Positions 43,559 through 52,352 of a stretch of DNA of 64,000 nt are shown in pieces (within the stretch, counting starts at the first letter, position 1; every line of letters begins with the position of its first letter). The position numbers were made by a program, and so were the translations under genes. The DNA is taken from assembly GCA_963712615.1 (NCBI GenBank), contig CAVQIO010000005.1, positions 924-64,923 on the forward strand, in the 5' to 3' direction. Origin of the DNA: an uncultured Actinomycetota bacterium (lineage in GTDB: Bacteria; Actinomycetota; Actinomycetes; Mycobacteriales; Mycobacteriaceae). The notes under the pieces are model-generated. The model was given only the letters and a program-made list of their open reading frames with translations, did no database searches and had not been told where the DNA came from.

Positions 43559-44181
43559 TGGTTGACATCGATCGCGTGGTGACCCACGGGACCTTCGAAC
43601 TCGACGGTGGCAGTTGGGAAGTCGATAACAACATCTGGCTCATAGGCGATAACTCCAATGTCGTGATTTTCGACGCCGCTCACGACGCGGCACCGATCAT
43701 CGAGGCCGTCGACGGCCGCCACGTTGTGGCGGTGGTGTGCACGCACGGCCACAACGACCACATCGGTGTGGCGCCCGAACTCGGCGAGACACTCGACGCA
43801 CCGGTGCTACTGCACCCCGCAGACGAGGTATTGTGGCGAATGACCCACCCGGACAAGGAGTTTCGCACCATATCCGATGGGGAGAAGTTGAAAATCGCCG
43901 GCACCGAGTTAACCGCGCTGCATACCCCCGGCCACTCCCCCGGTTCCGTGTGCTGGTACGTGCATGACCTCGGTGTCGTGTTCAGCGGCGACACCCTGTT
44001 CTCCGGTGGCCCCGGCGCGACGGGACGCTCGTACTCCGACTTTCCGACGATCCTGAACTCGATCTCCGAACGGCTCGGCAAGCTGGCCGACGAGACCGTC
44101 GTGCACACGGGCCACGGGGACAGCACCGTCATCGGCGACGAGCTCGTCCACTACGAGGAGTGGGTGGCGCGGGGTCACTGA
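43558..44181 (+). CDS. Metallo-beta-lactamase-fold hydrolase (Rv2260-like)
   Basis: THGHNDH metal motif; start overlaps the mscR stop; HTPGHSPGS. Confidence 0.85.
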   Translation: MVDIDRVVTHGTFELDGGSWEVDNNIWLIGDNSNVVIFDAAHDAAPIIEAVDGRHVVAVVCTHGHNDHIGVAPELGETLDAPVLLHPADEVLWRMTHPDKEFRTISDGEKLKIAGTELTALHTPGHSPGSVCWYVHDLGVVFSGDTLFSGGPGATGRSYSDFPTILNSISERLGKLADETVVHTGHGDSTVIGDELVHYEEWVARGH

Positions 44182-44217
44182 CCCCGTCACACGCGTCCCA
44201 CAAATTAGGCGAGACAC

Positions 44218-44314
44218 TTTTTGCCCGCCTCACAGCGACAAGGCTCTCTCCCGCATTTTCCGCGCTCTACTCCCGCGTTTCCGCTACCAGTTGTCGCTCA
44301 GAGGCGGGCAAAAA
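44218..44314. repeat. Long imperfect inverted repeat (14 + 8 bp stem, ~50-nt loop) between convergent genes
   Basis: tttttgcccgcctc..agcgacaa (44218-44240) pairs with ttgtcgct..gaggcgggcaaaaa (44291-44314). The loop carries a direct repeat ctcccgc-N-tttccgc twice. Confidence 0.8.
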
Positions 44315-44324
44315 CCCGCATCCC

Positions 44325-45068
44325 TCAGTGCCCTTCGAGGATCCGCTGCTTCTCGGTCTGAAACTCCTGCTCGGTCAACGCTCCGGAATCGCGCAGCGCC
44401 GCCAGCGTTTTGAGCCGCTCGAGCCGGACGCCCTCGTCGGTGGGTTCGTGTGCCGTGACGGGCGGCGTGTAGGCCGGCGCCACCGACACCGCCGGCGACA
44501 CTCCATGTACGAAGGCCGCTGCCGCTTTGCGCCGGGTGCGAGCCAACCACCACCCTGAGAAGATCGAATCGACCAGGCCCACAACGAACATCGCCACGAA
44601 CACCCAGACCAGATAGCCGTGGGAACTCGAGTGGCCGAACGCCAGTTGAGGCGCGATGAATCCGTTGACCTGCCCGTCCGTCGTGATGTTGTACGTGCCC
44701 GCGGCGGGGACCTGAGCCACCCACACCCGCACATGCGCGTCATTGTTGACTGTTGTTGTGCTGCCGATGTTTTCGCTCATCGTCGGCTGCGCCAGTCCGT
44801 CGGGCGGGGTGATCGTGATCCCGAGCGGCGGCACCGGCAGGCCCCCGCCGTCGGGGCCGCTGATCACGACGGTGTGCAAGCTGACGGTGACTTCACCGGC
44901 GGGCAAGTACAGGCTGCCCGACCCGGGGATCGGCACCTCGCCGTACGCGTTGTACTTGTCCAGGAAAAACGTGTTGAGCACCAGCGCGAAGATGAAACCG
45001 CCGACTGACACGATCATCATCACGATGGCGGCGGCCAGCGAAATCTTCGCAACTCGCCTGCTGCTCAT
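44325..45068 (-). CDS. Membrane protein with C-terminal SHOCT domain
   Basis: Two TM segments and the C-terminal RLERLKTLAALRDSGALTEQEFQTEKQRIL motif typical of SHOCT. Confidence 0.7.
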   Translation of the reverse strand: MSSRRVAKISLAAAIVMMIVSVGGFIFALVLNTFFLDKYNAYGEVPIPGSGSLYLPAGEVTVSLHTVVISGPDGGGLPVPPLGITITPPDGLAQPTMSENIGSTTTVNNDAHVRVWVAQVPAAGTYNITTDGQVNGFIAPQLAFGHSSSHGYLVWVFVAMFVVGLVDSIFSGWWLARTRRKAAAAFVHGVSPAVSVAPAYTPPVTAHEPTDEGVRLERLKTLAALRDSGALTEQEFQTEKQRILEGH

Positions 45069-45189
45069 CCACGCAGTGTGTCACCGCGAGCCACCTCCGT
45101 GCCAGCGAAACAATTTGCCATGAGGGTTCGCTGACGGTGGCACAAAGAGCACACTAGGACGAAGCTCATACCGAAGAAGGGTGATACGC

Positions 45190-46149
45190 ATGGCCAACGA
45201 TCTCGTCGCCACCGTGCCGGACCTGTCCGGGAAGCTGGCGATCGTCACCGGAGCCAACAGCGGTCTGGGTTTCGGGCTGGCCAGGCGGCTCTCCGCCGCC
45301 GGCGCCGATGTCGTCATGGCGATCCGCAATCGAGCCAAGGGCGAAGCGGCGATCGGCGAGATCCGCAGCGGCGTGCCCGACGCGAAGCTGACCATCAAAT
45401 CCCTCGACCTGTCGTCGCTGGCCTCCGTCGCGGCGCTGGGTGAACAACTCAACGCCGAGGGCCGCCCGATCGACATTCTGATCAACAACGCCGGGGTCAT
45501 GACGCCGCCGGAACGCGACACCACCGCCGACGGCTTCGAATTGCAGTTCGGCAGTAACCATCTCGGGCACTTCGCGCTGACCGCGCATCTGCTGCCGCTG
45601 TTACGCGCCGCGCAACGTGCCCGCGTCGTCTCGCTGAGCAGCCTCGCGGCCAGCCAGAGCGGCAAGATCCACTTCGACGACCTGCAGTTCGAGAAGCCCT
45701 ACGCGCCGATGTCGGCCTACGGCCAGTCAAAGCTGGCGGTGCTGATGTTCGCCCGCGAATTGGACAAACGCAGCCGCGCCGGCGGCTGGGGCATCGTCGC
45801 CGGTGCGGCACACCCCGGCCTGACCAAAACCAACCTGCAGGTCAGCGGGCCGTCCTACGGCCGCGAAAAGCCCGCGCTGATGGAGCGGTTGTACAAGGCG
45901 TCGTGGCGTTTCACGCCGTTCCTGTGGCAGGACATCAACGAAGGCATCCTGCCGGCTCTCTATGCGGCCGCTACGCCGCAGGCCGAGGGCGGCGAGTTCT
46001 ATGGACCACGCGGATTCATGGAGCTCGCCGGCGGCGGCGTCAAGGTAGCCAGCACCCCTTCGCGTGCCCGCAACGACGATGACTGCCGGCGGCTGTGGGA
46101 GATTTCCGAGCAACTCACCGGCGTTAGCTATCCAGCAATCAACGGGTAA
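45190..46149 (+). CDS. Short-chain dehydrogenase/reductase (Rv2263-like)
   Basis: [10 protein letters not shown] cofactor motif and YGQSK catalytic motif. Confidence 0.85.
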   Translation: MANDLVATVPDLSGKLAIVTGANSGLGFGLARRLSAAGADVVMAIRNRAKGEAAIGEIRSGVPDAKLTIKSLDLSSLASVAALGEQLNAEGRPIDILINNAGVMTPPERDTTADGFELQFGSNHLGHFALTAHLLPLLRAAQRARVVSLSSLAASQSGKIHFDDLQFEKPYAPMSAYGQSKLAVLMFARELDKRSRAGGWGIVAGAAHPGLTKTNLQVSGPSYGREKPALMERLYKASWRFTPFLWQDINEGILPALYAAATPQAEGGEFYGPRGFMELAGGGVKVASTPSRARNDDDCRRLWEISEQLTGVSYPAING

Positions 46150-46296
46150 CTGGCACAAAGCTTTTCCCGTCACACCCTCCGAGTGACCGCTGGTCAGGCT
46201 AAAAAGATTGCGGTAACGAGAGTTTCGACACAGCGCGGCAGCGGGTAACCGGGATCAAGCTGCAGTCGAAGCTGCAACTCAACAGGGGGTAGCTAA

Positions 46297-46680
46297 ATGA
46301 GCGTGCAGGACGACAAAACAGCTGGTCAAGAAGAAGATACAGCTGGTGGGGAAGACGATAAAGACCGCGTAGAAGGCGATCAGCAACTCACGGAGAAGCC
46401 AGAGCCGGACGAGGACGCCAAGGGGAAAGCCGCCGAAATGATGACGGCCTACGAGGACAAGCCCACATTGGTGCTCCCCGGTTCCGGTGGGGCGGTGTCG
46501 GGCACCGCGATCGGTGCGTGGCTGGACGACGACGGCAATCCGAAGAACAGCGAAGACGCCGACCGCGACGACGACGAAAAGCAGGAGCAAGTCGAGAAGG
46601 ACAAGACTCTGAACGACAAACTCCGCAAGCTCGCGGCCGAGGACAACAAGGGCGAAAAGCGCGGACCCGGCACCACATAG
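46297..46680 (+). CDS. Highly acidic, probably disordered hypothetical protein
   Basis: ATG preceded by caggggg. 127 aa rich in D/E/K with no recognisable domain. Confidence 0.55.
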   Translation: MSVQDDKTAGQEEDTAGGEDDKDRVEGDQQLTEKPEPDEDAKGKAAEMMTAYEDKPTLVLPGSGGAVSGTAIGAWLDDDGNPKNSEDADRDDDEKQEQVEKDKTLNDKLRKLAAEDNKGEKRGPGTT

Positions 46681-46699
46681 CCCGTACCGCAAATAGCCC

Positions 46700-48487
46700 T
46701 TACGGGCCACCAAAACCGGGAATTGGCAAGCTGATTCCCGGGATGCGCGGGATGCCCGGAATCGCCGGGATCGGCGGAACCCGAGGTGCGGGCGCTGGTA
46801 TCTGAGGCACCGGCGGCGGAGCCGGAGCGTCAACCGGGGGCGGCGGGGGTGCCGCCGGGACCGGCGTATCCACGGCCGCCGGCGGCGGCACGTCGACTGG
46901 CGCGGGAGCGTCAGCGGGTTGCGGCGGTGGAGCGGCCGGAGTCCCGGCCTGGCCCGTGACCGGCGCCTGGCTCGGCGGTGCGGATTGCGGAGCTCCGCTG
47001 GCAGGGGGCGCGGAAGCCGGAGTCGTGTTCACGCCCGGGGCCGGCGCCGGTTTGTCGTCGGAGAGGCCGATCGCCAACGCGATGCCCACCAGCAGCACCG
47101 CTACCGCCGTGCCGATGATGAACAGGGCCGGCACCCGATACCAGGGAATGACCGGTTCCTTTTTCTCCCGGCGTGGTGGCTGCGCGGGCTGTTGGAAATT
47201 CAAGGCGGGGCGCGCCGACGTATAGCCCGAACCGCCGGGAACCTGCCCCGCGATGGGCATCGCGCGCGAATGGTCGTCGGTCTCCGACCAGGCCAGCGCG
47301 GGCATCAGGCTCGATACCGGCTCCGAGGGCGGCGCCTGGGTCAGCACCAACTTTCGCTCCTCCACCGCAACAGGTGCTACCGCCGCCGCCACTGCGCCCG
47401 CTCGGGCCGCGGCCGGGGTGAGCAGGGTCGCGCTGGTCTCCCCCGGCCCACGCGTCACGCGCAACGCTCCGCCGATGGCCGGGGCCAAGTACGGACGCGG
47501 CGTCGTCACGACCGGAACGCGCAGGTGCCCGGACAGCATCGTGGTGACCGCGGGGATGCTTGCGCCGCCGCCGACCGAAACCACCGCGACCAGGTCGCGA
47601 ATCCCGTTGCGCGCCAACGTTTCATCTAGCACCGCCACGAATTTGACTAGCGATGCATGGATCGCGTCGGCAAGTTCGTTCCTGGTGATCCGGATTTCGC
47701 CGGGGATGCCCGGCAACTCCTCGGCGAGCGTGGCAACCGTGCTCGACGAGAGCTGCTCCTTGGCGCTTCGGCATCGGGTCCGCAGCCGGCTCAGCGGTCC
47801 GATCGCCGAGGTGCCGGACGGATCAAACGAATCGGCGCTGGGCAGGTTGGCCAGGACGGTCGTCAACAGTGCCTGGTCGATCAGGTCGCCGGAGAAGTCG
47901 TGGTGCCGCACGGTCGCGGCGAGCGGGTGATAGTCACCCGCGGCGTCCATCAGCGTGATGCTGGTGCCGCTGCCGCCGAAGTCGCACACCGCCACGGTCC
48001 CCCGCGCCGGGATGCCGGGGTTGGCCCGCACGGCGAACAGCGTCGCGGCAGCATCGGGGATCAACGTCAGCGGCTGGGCGCGCTTCGACCATTCGGGCAC
48101 CCGGCTCAGCGCGGAACCCAGCGCGTCGACCGCGTTCGATCCCCAGTGCGCGGGGTGGGTCACCGCGACGTTTTCGGGAAGCCCTCGCCCGACGGTGGCG
48201 GCGAAGGCCAGCGCACGCAACCCGTCGGCGGCCAATACCTCGCTCTGGTGCACCGTGCCGTCGGCCGCCACGATGCCAATCGGGTCGCCGACCCGGTCCA
48301 CGAAGTCGGTGATGACCAGGCCCGGTTGGTCCAACCGGGGGTTCTCGGACGGCACCCCGAGCTCGGGTAGGCGCTCGCGGTAGAGCGTCATGATGGGCTT
48401 ACGGGTGATGGCGTGGTCCGCGGTCACCGCGGCGAAGTTGGTCGCGCCAATCGAGAGCCCCAGCGCAGGCGTAGCTCCGTCTGACAT
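46700..48487 (-). CDS. Hsp70/actin-fold ATPase-like protein with TM segment and proline-rich tail (Rv2264c-like)
   Basis: GLSIGATNFAAV...VCDFGGSGTSITL...VSVGGGASIP phosphate motifs, then a TM helix and a PAPAP-type C-terminus. Confidence 0.75.
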   Translation of the reverse strand: MSDGATPALGLSIGATNFAAVTADHAITRKPIMTLYRERLPELGVPSENPRLDQPGLVITDFVDRVGDPIGIVAADGTVHQSEVLAADGLRALAFAATVGRGLPENVAVTHPAHWGSNAVDALGSALSRVPEWSKRAQPLTLIPDAAATLFAVRANPGIPARGTVAVCDFGGSGTSITLMDAAGDYHPLAATVRHHDFSGDLIDQALLTTVLANLPSADSFDPSGTSAIGPLSRLRTRCRSAKEQLSSSTVATLAEELPGIPGEIRITRNELADAIHASLVKFVAVLDETLARNGIRDLVAVVSVGGGASIPAVTTMLSGHLRVPVVTTPRPYLAPAIGGALRVTRGPGETSATLLTPAAARAGAVAAAVAPVAVEERKLVLTQAPPSEPVSSLMPALAWSETDDHSRAMPIAGQVPGGSGYTSARPALNFQQPAQPPRREKKEPVIPWYRVPALFIIGTAVAVLLVGIALAIGLSDDKPAPAPGVNTTPASAPPASGAPQSAPPSQAPVTGQAGTPAAPPPQPADAPAPVDVPPPAAVDTPVPAAPPPPPVDAPAPPPVPQIPAPAPRVPPIPAIPGIPRIPGISLPIPGFGGP

Positions 48488-48620
48488 GGTCCATCCCCGT
48501 TATCGAGCGGAATGCCCCCGCACCCGCCTATGCCCCTATTTTGTCGGATATACCTATAGCCAATCTCTGCGCTAGCTATGCGCTAGCTGTATAACGAATC
48601 GGCCACATTATCCACCCTGG

Positions 48621-49712
48621 TCAGCGTATGTTACCCGCCCCGGCGATCAGCGGCAGATCCAACGGGGTAACCCAGCCCGGCCGCAAGTCGTTGACCGCCG
48701 GCACCGCATTCAATGCCCGCAACCCGGTCGCCAGGCATCCGGCCGCGGCCGCATCCCGGCCGGAACCGTCGGTGAACCGGAACGCGGTCTCCTGGAAGAT
48801 GCTCGGCGTGCCTTCGATGTCCACCCGGTAGACGTCGTTGTCGTGGCCGGTCGGCCAGTCGGGGGCGGCGTCAAGCCCGATGCGGTTGACGTGCTCGAGC
48901 TGGATGCGGGTTTCGCCCTTGTAGACGCCATTGATGGTGAACCGGACGGCGGCGACGTGACCGGGTTTGATGACGCCCCGGGCGGAGTTGCGCTCGGTGG
49001 GTGTCACCCACTTGTCCCAGGTGGTGGTCATCTCGTCGAGCATGATGCCCGCGGCGTGCGCGATCATCGGGATGGTGGCGCCCCACGCGAAGATCAGCAT
49101 GTCGCGGTCTTCCAGCATCGGCTTGAACTCGGGCTCGCGGCCGATGCCCATCTCGAATTCGTAGTCACCCTCGTAGTTGGTGTAGTCCAGCAGCTCCGAG
49201 GCCCGGACGCGCTTCACCTCCGAGGTCAGGCCCATCAGCGTCATCGGGAACAGGTCGTTGGCGAAGCCGGGGTCGATGCCGGTGGTGAAGCAGGACGACT
49301 CGCCCAGCTCGCAGGCTTCGGTGATCGGCTCGATCCAGTTCGGCGGGTTCAGGTGCATCGTCGGCCATACCCACGGCGTCATCGCCGTCGAGCACACATC
49401 GATGCCGGCCCGCAGAAAGCGAGTGATCAGCGAGATGTTCTCTTTGGCGTGCATCGCCGTCGGGCCGTAGTGCACCAACGCGTCGGGCTTCAAAGCGATC
49501 AGCGCGTCGACGTCGTCGGTGGCGACAACACCCACCTTCTCCGGCAAGCCGCAGATCTCGCCGACGTCGCGGCCAACCTTGTTCGGATTGCTGACACCGA
49601 CGCCGACCAACTCAAACAGCGGGTGCTTGACGATCTCGGGGATCACCATCCTGCCGACAAAGCCAGTGCCATAAACCACTACACGCTTTGAGCCATGTTC
49701 CGGCTTGCCCAT
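48621..49712 (-). CDS. NAD(P)-binding DapB-N-like / amine-dehydrogenase-family oxidoreductase
   Basis: VVVYGTGFVGRMV Rossmann start; 363 aa, as in the mycobacterial 'dihydrodipicolinate reductase N-terminus' family. Confidence 0.65.
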   Translation of the reverse strand: MGKPEHGSKRVVVYGTGFVGRMVIPEIVKHPLFELVGVGVSNPNKVGRDVGEICGLPEKVGVVATDDVDALIALKPDALVHYGPTAMHAKENISLITRFLRAGIDVCSTAMTPWVWPTMHLNPPNWIEPITEACELGESSCFTTGIDPGFANDLFPMTLMGLTSEVKRVRASELLDYTNYEGDYEFEMGIGREPEFKPMLEDRDMLIFAWGATIPMIAHAAGIMLDEMTTTWDKWVTPTERNSARGVIKPGHVAAVRFTINGVYKGETRIQLEHVNRIGLDAAPDWPTGHDNDVYRVDIEGTPSIFQETAFRFTDGSGRDAAAAGCLATGLRALNAVPAVNDLRPGWVTPLDLPLIAGAGNIR

Positions 49713-49769
49713 TCTCGAAACTCACTTTCTCGATCAGCAGCCCCCCGCTCCGGGATTCACACTAAGCCC

Positions 49770-50213
49770 TCAATCGTTCGGCGCCGCTTCCAGGTTTTCG
49801 GCGCAGATGATGAGCAATGCCGCGAGTTCTTTGCGTGCCGCGGCGGGGATGCCGCGCAACATGTCCGCTTCGACGTGTGCGACCGCGGCGTGGCTGTCCT
49901 GCAGGCGCCGCAGCCCAAGCGGGGTGAGGACCAGTGCGCGGGCACGACCTCGCCCCTGGCTATCCGAGGGGGCAACGAGATCGCCCGTTCGCAGTCCGCT
50001 CAAGACGTCGGCCAGCGACTGGCGAGTGACGAAGCACAGCCTCGCGAGTTCGGCGGCCGACGCGTCGGGATGATCGTGCAGCGCCCGCAGCAGCGCGTAC
50101 TGCGACATTGACAACCCGGTGGCTTTCAGCCCCGCATCGCACTGGCGTCGCAGCGCTTGCTGAACCCGCTTCACCAAATAGCCCGCGCCACTCTCGATCG
50201 GCGCTTGACTCAT
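49770..50213 (-). CDS. MarR-family transcriptional regulator
   Basis: 147 aa; winged HTH LSMSQYALLRALHDHPDASAAELARLCFVTRQSLADVLSGL. Confidence 0.85.
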   Translation of the reverse strand: MSQAPIESGAGYLVKRVQQALRRQCDAGLKATGLSMSQYALLRALHDHPDASAAELARLCFVTRQSLADVLSGLRTGDLVAPSDSQGRGRARALVLTPLGLRRLQDSHAAVAHVEADMLRGIPAAARKELAALLIICAENLEAAPND

Positions 50214-50215
50214 GA

Positions 50216-50258
50216 CAGGAACCTTACATCATGTTAGGGTTGAATTGTAAGGTTCCTG
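50216..50258. promoter_or_regulatory. Perfect 13-bp inverted repeat in the MarR/ABM divergent promoter (probable MarR operator)
   Basis: caggaaccttaca (50216-50228) and tgtaaggttcctg (50246-50258), separated by 17 nt. It begins 3 nt from the MarR start codon. Confidence 0.7.
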
Positions 50259-50275
50259 ACAATGGAGGTCCGACG

Positions 50276-50608
50276 ATGACCACGATCCAAGAGCACGCCC
50301 CGATCGCCACCCTGATCAATGTCTTCACCGTGGCACCCGAGCGGGCGTCGGAACTGGCTGAACTGCTGGCCCGGGCCACCGAAGAGACGATGCGGCTTGT
50401 CCCCGGCTTCATCTCGGCCAACATCCACGTCAGCACCGATGGCACCCGAGTGGTCAACTACGCGCAGTGGCAAAGCGCCGAGGCGTACCAAGCGATCTTC
50501 GAAGACCCGCGAGCGCGTGAGCACATGAGCGTGGCCGCCGGGATCGCGACCAGCTTCGAACCGCACCTCTTCACCGTCGAATCGGTGCACCTGGCGCCCA
50601 ACATCTAG
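50276..50608 (+). CDS. Antibiotic-biosynthesis-monooxygenase (ABM/Dabb-fold) protein
   Basis: 110 aa; TLINVFTV...FISANIHVSTDGTRVVNYAQWQSAEAYQA is a typical ABM pattern. Confidence 0.75.
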   Translation: MTTIQEHAPIATLINVFTVAPERASELAELLARATEETMRLVPGFISANIHVSTDGTRVVNYAQWQSAEAYQAIFEDPRAREHMSVAAGIATSFEPHLFTVESVHLAPNI

Positions 50609-50646
50609 GTGCGAATCGCTTCCCTACCGCCGCCCGCAGTGACACG

Positions 50647-51003
50647 ATGCAATTCATGACTAAGCATCTCGCCGGACCCGCGGCCCTGTTTGCTATCGGT
50701 ATCGGGTTCGCAAATGCCTGCGGTGTCGCCCACGCCCTACCCGAGATGCCCCAGGTTCGCTACGAGGTCAATGGGCCCGCGGTCGCCCAATTCATCTACT
50801 ACCAAACCGAGGCCGGGCAGCTGCACCAGGTAAATGCGCCGTTGCCGTGGTCGACGGAATTCACCGGCTTCGGGGGCCAGGTGTTCACCCTCAGCGCGCA
50901 GGGGCCGGGTCCAATCTCCTGCAAGATTTTCATCGACGGCAACGTGGTCAGTGCCGCGACGGCGACGACGGGCGTGCCAGCCAGAACCGCTTGTACACAC
51001 TGA
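50647..51003 (+). CDS. MmpS-domain secreted/membrane-anchored protein
   Basis: Signal/TM segment, then VRYEVNGPAVAQFIYY...APLPWSTEF...LSAQGPGPISCKIFIDGNVV...TAC, the MmpS C-terminal pattern with two Cys. Confidence 0.6.
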   Translation: MQFMTKHLAGPAALFAIGIGFANACGVAHALPEMPQVRYEVNGPAVAQFIYYQTEAGQLHQVNAPLPWSTEFTGFGGQVFTLSAQGPGPISCKIFIDGNVVSAATATTGVPARTACTH

Positions 51004-51055
51004 TCCGGGTCTAGACACCCCGGTGTCACCTCATTCAATGGCGAAGGATGGTTAA

Positions 51056-52351
51056 GTGAGCCTCACGACGGGCATCGAAACACGACCGAATGGGACGCCA
51101 CCGCCCGAGATCCCGCTTGCCGATATCCATCTCGAGTCACTCGATTTCTGGGTGCGTAACGACGACGTCCGAGACGCCGTTTTCGCCACCTTGCGCCGGG
51201 AGGCCCCGATCTCGTTCTGGCCCCCGATCGAGTACGAGGGATTTGAGACCGGCAACGGGTATTGGGCGCTGACCAAGCTCGACGACATCAACTTCGCCAG
51301 CCGTCATCCCGACATCTTCAGTTCCGCCTGCGGCATCACGGTCAACGACCAGACACCGGAGTTGGCCGAGTACTTCGGCTCGATGATCGTGCTCGACGAC
51401 CCGCGGCACCAGCGGCTGCGCGCGATGGTCAGCAGGGCCTTCACCCCGAAAGTGGTTGCCCGCATTGAGACTTCGATGCGAGAGCGGGCCCATCGGTTGG
51501 TTACCTCGTTGAAAGCGAACCATCCCGACGGCCAAGCCGACCTCGTCACGGAGCTCGCCGGGCCGCTACCGCTGCAGGTCATCTGCGACATGATGGGCAT
51601 TCCCGAGGAGGACCATCAGCGAGTCTTCCACTGGACCAACGTGATTCTCGGGTTCGGCGACCCCGATCTGACGCTGGATTTCGAAGAGTTCATGCAGGTT
51701 TCGATGGACATCGGCACCTATGCCACCGCGCTGGCCGAAGACCGCCGGTGCAATCACCACGACGATCTGACCACCGCTCTGGTGGAAGCCGAGGTCGACG
51801 GTGACCGGCTTACCTCCCAGGAGATCGCGTCGTTCTTCATCCTGCTGGTGGTGGCCGGCAACGAAACCACGCGCAATGCGATCAGTCACGGCGTGCTGGC
51901 GTTGTCCCGCTTCCCCGAGCAACGCGAAAAGTGGTGGGCCAACTTCGAGGAGCTGACGCCCACCGCGGTCGAGGAGATCGTGCGCTGGGCCTCACCGGTC
52001 ATTTACATGCGACGCACCCTGACGCGGGACTTCGAGTTGAGCGGCGTCAAGATGGCCGCCGGCGACAAGGTCGCGCTGTACTACAACTCGGCCAACCGAG
52101 ACGAGTCAAAGTTCGCCAATCCATGGGCTTTTGATGTCGCGCGCGACCCCAACCCGCATCTGGGCTTCGGCGGCGGCGGCGCGCATTTCTGTTTGGGGGC
52201 CAACCTGGCTCGTCGTGAGATCCGGGTCATCTTCGATGAATTGCGCCGGGAAATCCCGGACATCGCCGTGACCGGCAGACCAGCGCGACTGCTGTCGCAA
52301 TTCATTCACGGCATCAAGAGCCTGCCGGTCGCCTGGACTCCGCCGGCCTAG
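51056..52351 (+). CDS. cyp124: Cytochrome P450 CYP124-like (methyl-branched lipid omega-hydroxylase family)
   Basis: 431 aa collinear with Mtb Rv2266 as I recall it. Heme loop FGGGGAHFCLGANLARRE; AGNETTRN I-helix. Confidence 0.85.
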   Translation: MSLTTGIETRPNGTPPPEIPLADIHLESLDFWVRNDDVRDAVFATLRREAPISFWPPIEYEGFETGNGYWALTKLDDINFASRHPDIFSSACGITVNDQTPELAEYFGSMIVLDDPRHQRLRAMVSRAFTPKVVARIETSMRERAHRLVTSLKANHPDGQADLVTELAGPLPLQVICDMMGIPEEDHQRVFHWTNVILGFGDPDLTLDFEEFMQVSMDIGTYATALAEDRRCNHHDDLTTALVEAEVDGDRLTSQEIASFFILLVVAGNETTRNAISHGVLALSRFPEQREKWWANFEELTPTAVEEIVRWASPVIYMRRTLTRDFELSGVKMAAGDKVALYYNSANRDESKFANPWAFDVARDPNPHLGFGGGGAHFCLGANLARREIRVIFDELRREIPDIAVTGRPARLLSQFIHGIKSLPVAWTPPA

Positions 52352-52352
52352 C

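Noticed and set aside
46700-47100. Multiple overlapping ORFs on both strands in the proline-rich region
   Set aside because: This is low-complexity GC-rich sequence encoding the Pro/Ala tail of the Hsp70-like protein. The alternative frames are compositional artefacts.
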